The notes under the pieces are model-generated. The model ran no database searches. It saw nothing but the letters and a program-made list of their open reading frames with translations, and had not been told where the DNA came from. The position numbers and the translations under genes are program-made. DNA of 54,232 nt from an uncultured Candidatus Sumerlaeota bacterium (GTDB lineage Bacteria > CAYMEV01): NCBI GenBank assembly GCA_964389675.1, contig CAYMEV010000004.1, forward strand, positions 124,001 to 178,232. The letters are read 5' to 3'. Every line of letters starts with the position of its first letter. Within the stretch, counting starts at the first letter, position 1. Shown in pieces: positions 1-8,288 of this stretch.

Positions 1-513
1 GACTACAATGCTTGAGGATGAGCTTAAGCCGGCTTCAGCCGGCAGGTCTCCCGAATCAATGATCATGTCATAACCCCTGATCTTAGAATCATGCGCTCTG
101 TTAAAAAGGTACCTTAAAACAGGGGACAGCACGTAATTTACAGGATCACCAGCTTTACGGAGAAAACAGGGGTTTTCCCATATGAAGTCTTTCCAGGACA
201 TATCACGCCCTGCCTTTTTCATATACCTGATGTAAGGGTCTAAATCAATCATCTCCCCTGTATCAAAGGCTTTAAGGATAATCTTTATCATTCTGTCCTG
301 CCTTCCGGTGCTCATGCTCCATATCCCCCGCTGAACAGTGAAACTGACCTGCCTGGACCTGAGCATATCCATGTATTCAGTTATATTTACCCTTCCAGGG
401 ACGAATGATATGTGCAGGGGTCCTCCTTTATATTCAATGCCTCTCTTAAGCTTCTCTATTATTCTCTGTCTTTCTTTAATGCTATAGCCTTCCGGAGCAG
501 GATCGACTGCCAT
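1..513 (-). CDS. GHMP-family (galactokinase-like) sugar kinase, truncated by window edge; not in ORF track
   Basis: Hand translation from ATG at 513 gives 171 open codons MAVDPAPEGY...FVPGRVNITEYMD...DLPAEAGLSSSSSIVV, with GalK-like PGRVN motif and GHMP PxxxGLSSS loop; starts just after the 518..1522 stop. Confidence 0.8.
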   Translation of the reverse strand, partial: MAVDPAPEGYSIKERQRIIEKLKRGIEYKGGPLHISFVPGRVNITEYMDMLRSRQVSFTVQRGIWSMSTGRQDRMIKIILKAFDTGEMIDLDPYIRYMKKAGRDMSWKDFIWENPCFLRKAGDPVNYVLSPVLRYLFNRAHDSKIRGYDMIIDSGDLPAEAGLSSSSSIVV

Positions 514-517
514 CCTT

Positions 518-1522
518 TTATAATCCTTCCATTTTTATTCTTTCCAGGAACAATTCAAGAACCTCAGTTCCATCTATGTCGTTTGTCTTCAGAAATTCTG
601 AAAGCCTTTCATATGCTGTTCTTATGTACTGGCCGAAAAATTCTTTCCCCTTATTATAATACAGGTTGCAGTAGGCACCCATCATCTGTAAGAGCCTGTA
701 TATGCTTACATACCTGAACTCATGGAAAAACTGGTCTGTCCCTTCATTATTGCTTTTCATTATACCTGTAATTCTATCTGTAATGTATTCATAATATACC
801 GGATAAAGATCAGTATATGCATCAAATATGAAAGAAGCAAAATCATATGCCCTGTGCCCCATCCTTGCACCCTGAAAATCTATAAGAAATGGAGAATTAT
901 CCCTTATTATTATATTCCTTGACTGAAGGTCTCTGTGCATAAAACCTCTGTATAAAAAACCCTCTGACCTGCATGCAAGCCTTTTTAATTCATCTTTCAT
1001 TTCCTGTAAAAGCGTTTTGTCCCTGGAGAATCTTACAGCGAAATGATTGTAAAAATAACAGCATTCCTCATTAAAAATAAAGTCTGAATCATATGCATGG
1101 CTGAAGATGTATTCAGGGTCTACTGACTCTATCCTCCCTATCCTGTAGATAGCTTCCAGTATGTCATCAATAATTCCTTTATCATTTTTCCCCTTTCTAA
1201 GGTATTCCTGCATGTTTATTTCACCAAGGTCCTCCAGCAGAATAACTGACCTGTCATCGGAGCAGCCCATAATTTCAGGAACATTGACCCCTGCATTCCT
1301 TAGTATGCTCTGCACATATATATATGTACGGTTTTCATCTGTGCTGTTTCCAGTCCCTGGTTCTGTGTTGCTTACGGCAATATAGCTTCTTCTGCCTCTT
1401 GATATCCTGTAAAATAACCGTTCAGAGCCATCTGGCATTATCCGGTCAATGCTGTCAGCGTCCTCATTCCCTAAGATCTTCTTTATCTCATTGAATATAT
1501 GTTTTTCCTTTTCATTCGTCAT
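518..1522 (-). CDS. amgK: Aminoglycoside-phosphotransferase-family kinase, AmgK-like anomeric MurNAc/GlcNAc kinase
   Basis: DGSERLFYR, LLEDLG, HRDLQSRNI, LIDFQGARMG, YD motifs; directly downstream of a lytic transglycosylase. Confidence 0.75.
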   Translation of the reverse strand: MTNEKEKHIFNEIKKILGNEDADSIDRIMPDGSERLFYRISRGRRSYIAVSNTEPGTGNSTDENRTYIYVQSILRNAGVNVPEIMGCSDDRSVILLEDLGEINMQEYLRKGKNDKGIIDDILEAIYRIGRIESVDPEYIFSHAYDSDFIFNEECCYFYNHFAVRFSRDKTLLQEMKDELKRLACRSEGFLYRGFMHRDLQSRNIIIRDNSPFLIDFQGARMGHRAYDFASFIFDAYTDLYPVYYEYITDRITGIMKSNNEGTDQFFHEFRYVSIYRLLQMMGAYCNLYYNKGKEFFGQYIRTAYERLSEFLKTNDIDGTEVLELFLERIKMEGL

Positions 1523-3707
1523 ATATTATGCTCCTGTATATCATATAGTTCCTGAGTATGAGCTGTACATAATCCCTTGTCTCCCTGTAAGTCACAATAA
1601 AGTTGTATATGTCCATATCCTCTCCGTCATACATTCCGATCCACCTGTCAGCATTCCTGCTTCCGGCATTATAAGCACTCAATGCATAATTCACATTTTT
1701 ATATTTCTTGATGAGCGTCTCAAAATACTTTATCCCTATACTGATATTCACTTCCTCATCAAAAAGGTCATGGCTCCCTCTGTAGCCAATACCGTGCTTC
1801 TTTGCGACCTGCCTTGCAGTTGACGGCAGTATCTGCATCAGACCCATTGCGTTCCTATGCGAAACGGCGTACCTGTTGAAACCGCTTTCCTGCCGGATCA
1901 GTGATTTGATTATTAAAGGGTCAGTATTTTCATAATCTGTATTTTTCTCTATTATATCAAGGAACCTCACAGGAAAAAGGACTTCCCTGTATATGTCGGG
2001 CAGAAGCCTTATATCCGGCCTGGTGGAGAACCTGTTTATAAGGGCTGTACACACGGCGATTGCCCTGAGGTTCTGCCCGTTCTCATATAGAAGCCTTATA
2101 TATTCTGTATCAATTGCTGCATTATCATATTTTTTGTAAAGATAACTGATATAAGGATTTATGATCTCATAATCCCCTGTTTCTGATAAATCCCTGTATT
2201 TTGAAACATATAAATCATTCATCTCCAAAAGCTTTTTTTCGTCCTGCTTTACTAAATATTCAGTATATATTTTCAGGTTTTGCCTTGCATTTTCCTTATA
2301 TCTGCGCTTTTCAGCACTGGATGTACTGAGCCTGTATAAAGCCTGTGAGTACTTAATTACTGTATCAGTATTTATCTCTGAAGTATTTATAAGCCTTCTT
2401 ATGATCCTGCTGTCAGCATTTCCCGAATCAGGAAGCTTTTTGTGCAGTTCTTCAGCTTTGAGGCTGTAATAAGTATTATGGTTATTCACAATGCTGTCAT
2501 AGATGATCTGTTTTGCCTTATCCGGCATATTTTCGCCTATATATATCTTTGCCAGGAAATACTTTCCAATAGCGCTGTAATCGTTGTTTTTGATCCGGCT
2601 TAATTTCAGGAAGCACTGTTTTGCCCTGTCCAGATTTTCTGACATTATACTGAGGATACCGTTTCTGATTATAAACAGCTCATAATTTTTTGAAAAAAAC
2701 CGTTTTTTTTCCATCATAATGTACAGATCAGCAGCCTTATCGTATTCTTTGTTCTTAATAAATCCTGCTGATGCCATAAAGAGCGCTTTCTCTGCAAAAC
2801 TGGAGCATGGGTATTTCCTGAATATATCACTGTAATATTTTTTAGCGCTCTTAAAACTTATTCTTTCTATTCTCCTGTAAATTATTTCAGCATTTTTTGT
2901 GTATTTAATGACATTGCCAAGCTCAGCAAGGACCCTGCCGTAATATGGCATCCTTTTTCTTCTTCTTTTCAGGTCCTCAATAATTCTTAAAGCCTTATCA
3001 TAATCACCGTTTTCAATATAATATATAAGCAGTATGTTTTGATTGAGGCTTTCCAGTTTTTCCCTGCTTATTCTTTTAACAGCCAGATTTATCCTGCCCC
3101 TGTTATATCTGCCTGGGTTCTCCTTGTATAATTGCAGGTATCCTTCCAGGGCCTTTAGATATTCCTTTTTCTGATAATACTGGTCATATATAAACCCTTT
3201 TATATACTGATCAAATTCCGGGTACCATTCATAATCTGAGATAAGGCCCCTGAGCTCTTCAAGCCTTTCCAGGCCAATTCCTTTTCTTATTAATTCCATT
3301 ATCCCTGTCAGGGATTCCCTGATCAGTACTGCATCACCCGATTTTAATATGGTCTCCTGGTATATCTCATATGCATCTTCTGTAAGGCCTTTTTCTTTAA
3401 GGCTTTTGGCCCTGTAGATCATACAGTTGTAATAAAGGGGTTCTTCTGGTTCTATACGGTAATTGATCTGCAGTATCTTATTGTAGGATTCCTCGCTGAA
3501 CCATATATGCAGTGAATAAAGTATAATTTTCGATGCTTCCCCGGGTTCAGTATCACCGACATTATCCAGTACAAGGGAAATAAATCCATCGATGCTGTTA
3601 TTATCCTTGTAATATTTTACAGCATCCTCAACAGTAAATGAGTATAGACATAAACTCAGAAGGCTGGTTAAAGCGACAAATAATAAACAGCCCCTAAGGA
3701 GTCCCAT
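1512..3707 (-). CDS. slt: Soluble lytic transglycosylase, Slt70-like (TPR-like region + SLT domain)
   Basis: Signal peptide; IRQES, AMGLMQI, AYNAG, ETRDYV motifs. Confidence 0.85.
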   Translation of the reverse strand: MGLLRGCLLFVALTSLLSLCLYSFTVEDAVKYYKDNNSIDGFISLVLDNVGDTEPGEASKIILYSLHIWFSEESYNKILQINYRIEPEEPLYYNCMIYRAKSLKEKGLTEDAYEIYQETILKSGDAVLIRESLTGIMELIRKGIGLERLEELRGLISDYEWYPEFDQYIKGFIYDQYYQKKEYLKALEGYLQLYKENPGRYNRGRINLAVKRISREKLESLNQNILLIYYIENGDYDKALRIIEDLKRRRKRMPYYGRVLAELGNVIKYTKNAEIIYRRIERISFKSAKKYYSDIFRKYPCSSFAEKALFMASAGFIKNKEYDKAADLYIMMEKKRFFSKNYELFIIRNGILSIMSENLDRAKQCFLKLSRIKNNDYSAIGKYFLAKIYIGENMPDKAKQIIYDSIVNNHNTYYSLKAEELHKKLPDSGNADSRIIRRLINTSEINTDTVIKYSQALYRLSTSSAEKRRYKENARQNLKIYTEYLVKQDEKKLLEMNDLYVSKYRDLSETGDYEIINPYISYLYKKYDNAAIDTEYIRLLYENGQNLRAIAVCTALINRFSTRPDIRLLPDIYREVLFPVRFLDIIEKNTDYENTDPLIIKSLIRQESGFNRYAVSHRNAMGLMQILPSTARQVAKKHGIGYRGSHDLFDEEVNISIGIKYFETLIKKYKNVNYALSAYNAGSRNADRWIGMYDGEDMDIYNFIVTYRETRDYVQLILRNYMIYRSIIYDE

Positions 3708-3909
3708 CTTTATTGTTTTCTAGTCTTTTAATTATTTTATGGAGCATCAGCAGCATAGCACGGTCTTTTGGCAGGCATGTTGTATTTTCATATGAACATG
3801 CCTGAAAATCGCCAAAATTTGAAAAGTTCGGCCTGTCTTTGGGCTCAGAATTCTTATCCTGCAGTGAGAAGCACAGCTGGCATGCCTTTGGTAAATGCTT
3901 TATATCCAT
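3694..3909 (-). CDS. Small Cys-containing hypothetical protein (71 aa)
   Basis: AGGAG RBS 6 nt before ATG; overlaps slt start; CQLC...C-x6-C. Confidence 0.6.
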   Translation of the reverse strand: MDIKHLPKACQLCFSLQDKNSEPKDRPNFSNFGDFQACSYENTTCLPKDRAMLLMLHKIIKRLENNKDGTP

Positions 3910-4082
3910 GTTATTCTCCTTTTGTAAGATGCTAGGGTATTCTACCCATATCTGCCTTTTTATGCAAGATATTATAAATGAGTCAAATATTTTTCTGTCT
4001 TGACATTTTTGGTAATTCTGTTATATCATATAAAGGTTGTCTATTTTATAGCTATCGTTTTTTATCGGAAAGGAGATGTCTG

Positions 4083-4571
4083 ATGTCTGAAATCCAGATT
4101 ACTTCAAAGCTTCTGCAAAAATCCAGCAAGCTCTACAATCTTATTGATTCTACCCTCCAGAGATTCATCAAGCTTACAGGGGCTCAGCGCGGTTTTTTGA
4201 TCCTTGTTAACGAAAAGGGCGAATTTGAGATAAAGATTTCAAGAAATTTTGAAAATAAAGAAGAACTGCTTGAGAGTGTAAATTTTTCCAAAAGCATATT
4301 AAACAAGCTTATTACGGAAAAGACCCCCATTCTCACCCATAATGCATCAGATGACAGCAGTATAGACCTTTCCAACAGCATACTCAGCATGAACTTAAAG
4401 TCAATTATCTGCGTCCCTCTTATTGTCAAGGATAATCTGATTGGAGCAATCTACATGGAGAACAATGAGATATCAGGCCAGTTCACAAGCAAGCATCTTC
4501 ATAGTCTTGAGGATTTTGCATACAGGGCTTCGATAAGCATAAAGGCAAAGCTTGCTACTTTCTCAGCCTAA
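4083..4571 (+). CDS. Stand-alone GAF domain protein
   Basis: GAQRGFLIL...SIICVPLIVKDNLIGAIYMEN...FT GAF pattern; AGGAG RBS favours ATG 4083 over 3978. Confidence 0.8.
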   Translation: MSEIQITSKLLQKSSKLYNLIDSTLQRFIKLTGAQRGFLILVNEKGEFEIKISRNFENKEELLESVNFSKSILNKLITEKTPILTHNASDDSSIDLSNSILSMNLKSIICVPLIVKDNLIGAIYMENNEISGQFTSKHLHSLEDFAYRASISIKAKLATFSA

Positions 4572-4573
4572 GG

Positions 4574-6376
4574 CTAAAAGTTTTTTATTATTTCTGAGAT
4601 AGTATTAAGGATCTTATTGTTCAGGTCTTTTTCATTTTTGACAAGCAGTTCCAGCCTTGTCTCAGATGATGATGCAAAATACCCGCCTAATTCTTCCAGC
4701 GCTTTTGTATTTGCCTGCAGCCTCTTCTGAAATACAAGCATTAGCCTCTGCATATTCTGTATCTTCTTTGATATATCATTTTCAGAACCGCTTTCTGATC
4801 TATGCTTAAGCTTTGTATTCTCAATGACAAGGGCAGCCTGTGTTGCAAGAGAGTATAAAAATTCTACATCTTCAGTGCTGAAATCATAAGGCGATTCAAC
4901 CCTGTAGAAATTGAATACACCGTGCATAATCCCTTTTGAGATCATTGGAGCGACGACAAATGCATCAATTTTACTGTCCTTCAGCATTTTGAAAAATTCC
5001 TGGTTTTCTATTCCTATATCACTGAGTTCAGGGTCATTAATAATGCTTGCTGAAATGATCTTTTTCCTTGAAATAATCTCGCTCAGAGCGGTATTATTGC
5101 TGTTCAGGCTCAGGCTGTTAAGTGGGTCGCTGGAAAAGCCTACGGCAATAAGCTGTTTATATCCGTCTTTCTTTGGCACAAGAAGCGATCCGTGATGGAG
5201 ATGCTTAGCCTCCATTGCAAATTTGAAAATCCTTTTTAATATTTCAGGCAGCTCCTCCCTGGTCGACATAAGCATGGACACCTGATTCAGGACGGATATC
5301 TCCTCTATCTTTTCATTAAGCTTTCTGGTGATCTCTTCTACCTGTAGGTATAACTGCGATATCTGCAGGTTCGAATCCACAGCCTTTTCGAACAGCTCCT
5401 TGTCAACCTCCTGGCTTTCTTGATCCTCAGCATCCTTTTCTGCATTTTCAGGCTCCATGATAAGGTCATCCGTGTCAATATGCTGTTCATAGCTGGTTTC
5501 ACCAGCATTTCTGCTGTCTGTGTCAGGATTTTGCCTGCTTTTTTCTTTGTTCAGGTAGGCTTTCTCCAGTTTATCAAGCACACTCAGGGGATCTTCAAGG
5601 CTGAATGAAATTGATGGTTCAGAAGGTACCTCTTCAATTGCCTGTTTAACATGCTCCTTTTCCGTTTGGGCTTTTGGTTCTTCATCTGGAATTATAATTG
5701 CTTCTTCTATATTTGATTTTGAAAACCTGCCGAGGTTCTTTACAATAAGCCTTTTTATATTTGCAATGTCATCCACTACGCTCGGCAATTCGAATTCCTT
5801 GCTGACATAGTCAACAGTATCAAACAGAACGCTGGTAAGTGTTTCAAATACCCCGTCTCCATTTATGGCAATGGCTTCAAAATACGGGCAGTTCCTTTTA
5901 TTCAGAATATTGTTCAGCTCATTGACGGTAAGTATCTTGGGCAGGTCTCTCTTATTATACTGCATGACAAGGGGGACGGTATCGATGTCAAGTTTGTTCT
6001 CCCTGAGGTTGACTGCCATATCCTTCAGATTCTCAATATTGCTTGTCATCATATACCTCTGTGAATCGGCAACGAATACTACACCATCAGCGCCCTTCAG
6101 GACTGCTTTCCTTGTGGAGGAGTATTTTGACTGTCCAGGAACGGTATATAACTGCATTTTTATCCTCATTCCCCTGATGTTTCCGAGGTCATAGGGCAGG
6201 AGGTCAAAGAACAGGGTCCTGTCCTTTTCTGTATTCAGTGATATCAGCTTTGTTTCTCTGTTCGGGTCAGTGGCCTTGTGTATGTATCTAAGGTTGGTTG
6301 TTTTGCCAGAAAGCCCCGGGCCATAATAAACAAGCTTTATTATAAGCTCTTTTTCTTTTGCATTAAATTGAACCAA
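4574..6376 (-). CDS. MglA-like small GTPase fused to acidic linker, coiled coil and GAF domain
   Basis: KLVYYGPGLSGKTTNL, RTLFFD, LYTVPGQ, DGVVFVADSQ, QYNKRDLP; C-terminal APMISKGIMHGVFNF...LATQAALVIEN (GAF). Confidence 0.85.
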   Translation of the reverse strand: MVQFNAKEKELIIKLVYYGPGLSGKTTNLRYIHKATDPNRETKLISLNTEKDRTLFFDLLPYDLGNIRGMRIKMQLYTVPGQSKYSSTRKAVLKGADGVVFVADSQRYMMTSNIENLKDMAVNLRENKLDIDTVPLVMQYNKRDLPKILTVNELNNILNKRNCPYFEAIAINGDGVFETLTSVLFDTVDYVSKEFELPSVVDDIANIKRLIVKNLGRFSKSNIEEAIIIPDEEPKAQTEKEHVKQAIEEVPSEPSISFSLEDPLSVLDKLEKAYLNKEKSRQNPDTDSRNAGETSYEQHIDTDDLIMEPENAEKDAEDQESQEVDKELFEKAVDSNLQISQLYLQVEEITRKLNEKIEEISVLNQVSMLMSTREELPEILKRIFKFAMEAKHLHHGSLLVPKKDGYKQLIAVGFSSDPLNSLSLNSNNTALSEIISRKKIISASIINDPELSDIGIENQEFFKMLKDSKIDAFVVAPMISKGIMHGVFNFYRVESPYDFSTEDVEFLYSLATQAALVIENTKLKHRSESGSENDISKKIQNMQRLMLVFQKRLQANTKALEELGGYFASSSETRLELLVKNEKDLNNKILNTISEIIKNF

Positions 6377-6553
6377 GATCCATCACCATAATCAAATTAG
6401 AAAGACAAGCAGATATCAGTTTATAAATTTTTTAATAAATAGCAAATAAATTCTGAATAATGGCAATTTTTCTTAAAATATTTGCCCTGTGGGTATTATA
6501 TTATATATTAGGAGTCCAGTTTTGTAAAAAGATCTTCGATCAGGAATGAATAT

Positions 6554-7480
6554 ATGGGAAATAATGATATAAAATGGATCAGAAAAAGAAGGGTAAACAG
6601 CCCCTTTGTCTATAATATATCGATGTTTACGCTCAATTTCCTCCCGAGGAAGATAAGCCACTGGATAGGTCATCTGATCGCGATTATCATATACATCCTG
6701 CACAGAACAGAGAGGATATTCCTGCAGCAGAACCTCTCAATACTTACTAATAAACCCCCGCGCTCAGCTTTCATAAAGAAACTGAGCTTCAGGGTCATTA
6801 AAAATTTCATTATAAGCCAGATAGACCTGTTAAAGTCATACAATGGATTCATCAGGGGGAACAGGGATTTTGTAAAAAGCATAATCCTGATCAATAAACA
6901 GGATTTTTTGCCGATTGAAAGCCTCTTATCCCTGAAAAGGGGGCTGATACTCATCACAGGCCATATAGGCCTCTGGGAACTGGGAGGCATTGTACTTAAA
7001 CTGCATGATTATCCTGTTACGGTCATTACATACAAAGATTCAAAGGATGTCCTGGAGAAAAAGAACTCAATAAGGTCCGCTCTTAATATCAGGACAGTAA
7101 CTATAGGAGAGGGGCGGTTTGAATCCATTAACATAGTAAAGGAACTCCGGTCCGGGTCTGTCATAGCCCTTCTCATGGACAGGCCTGTCACGAAGTACAG
7201 GAGGGCTGTGGAGCTTTTTGGGCACAAATGCTTTTTCTCAACTGATATGTTTTTATTGGCAAAGATCTCAAAATCCCCTGTTCTGCCAACGTTTATAGTA
7301 TTAGACAAAGTGACCGGGAAATACAGGGCAATTTTCGGAAAACCCCTCATTTCGTGCGATGGCCCGGATTCTGAAGAAGCGGTGGATTATTTCAATTATT
7401 TAATAAATCTTTACAAAAATACAATGCTGGATTATAATGAACAATGGTATAATTTCTATCCCTTTTTTGAGGAGCTTTGA
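6554..7480 (+). CDS. LpxL/HtrB-family (lysophospholipid) acyltransferase
   Basis: GLILITGHIGLWE (Hx4E), ALLMDR, QWYNF. Confidence 0.8.
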   Translation: MGNNDIKWIRKRRVNSPFVYNISMFTLNFLPRKISHWIGHLIAIIIYILHRTERIFLQQNLSILTNKPPRSAFIKKLSFRVIKNFIISQIDLLKSYNGFIRGNRDFVKSIILINKQDFLPIESLLSLKRGLILITGHIGLWELGGIVLKLHDYPVTVITYKDSKDVLEKKNSIRSALNIRTVTIGEGRFESINIVKELRSGSVIALLMDRPVTKYRRAVELFGHKCFFSTDMFLLAKISKSPVLPTFIVLDKVTGKYRAIFGKPLISCDGPDSEEAVDYFNYLINLYKNTMLDYNEQWYNFYPFFEEL

Positions 7481-7483
7481 TTA

Positions 7484-7942
7484 ATGATTGTACAGTGCAG
7501 CAACTGCAATTTCATTTTCAGGCTGGATTCTATAGACAACCCCCTTTGCATCAGATGCAGGGCCGCCCTTGACCCGGACCAGCTGAATCTGCTTTTCCCT
7601 GTGTTTCAGTCCGCAAACAGGGAAGTAATAGAGAGATTTGCAAAGCTTTCCGATGAATCCAGATATTCCTTCTCAGTCTCAAACCCGAAGGCATCCTTTA
7701 TATACAGCATTGAAAAAGAACAGATAGTCATAGGCAGGGTGGATGCGGACATATCCCTGGACGATCCCCGTGTTTCAAGGAAACACGCCCTTATTGAAAG
7801 ATACAAATACCAGTTCTATATCCGCGACCTTGACAGCAAAAACGGTACCTTTATAAACGGAAACAGGATAATAGAGGGTAAGCTCAATCCAAATGATGTA
7901 ATCTCCATAGGGATTACAAATCTGACATTTTTAAAAACATGA
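7484..7942 (+). CDS. Zinc-ribbon + FHA domain protein
   Basis: CSNC...CIRC; IGR, SRKHA, DLDSKNGTFING. Confidence 0.85.
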   Translation: MIVQCSNCNFIFRLDSIDNPLCIRCRAALDPDQLNLLFPVFQSANREVIERFAKLSDESRYSFSVSNPKASFIYSIEKEQIVIGRVDADISLDDPRVSRKHALIERYKYQFYIRDLDSKNGTFINGNRIIEGKLNPNDVISIGITNLTFLKT

Positions 7943-8268
7943 TTATTAGAAAATATTATATACTTTTTGCCATTATTGCGTTCATGATCATTTCATCCGG
8001 CTGTGACAGCTTCGATGAGGATTATCTTTCATACATTTATGTTAAGAATAATACAGAGTGCCTTCTGGATATTTATCTCAACTCAAATTATCAGTTCTCA
8101 ATATTAAAATCAGACAATATCAGGATCATTGAAAATGTATCGCTCGGATACAATACTGTCACGGCATATAATCAGGAAACAAACCAGGAAGTATATTCGT
8201 TGGTTATTTATGTGTATACTTATAACAGGGGCTATTATTTTATTATCGCGGAAGAGCTCTGTTCTTAG
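7939..8268 (+). CDS. Small putative lipoprotein
   Basis: Hydrophobic signal with SSGC lipobox-like site; ATGA overlap with FHA gene. Confidence 0.6.
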   Translation: MIIRKYYILFAIIAFMIISSGCDSFDEDYLSYIYVKNNTECLLDIYLNSNYQFSILKSDNIRIIENVSLGYNTVTAYNQETNQEVYSLVIYVYTYNRGYYFIIAEELCS

Positions 8269-8288
8269 ATTAGCAAGGAGGATTCAAG

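Noticed and set aside
6554-7480. Aryl-polyene cluster suggested by the QWYNF-type acyltransferase and the ApeP-like hotdog at 38449
   Set aside because: Genes are over 30 kb apart, with no ketosynthase or ACP in the window
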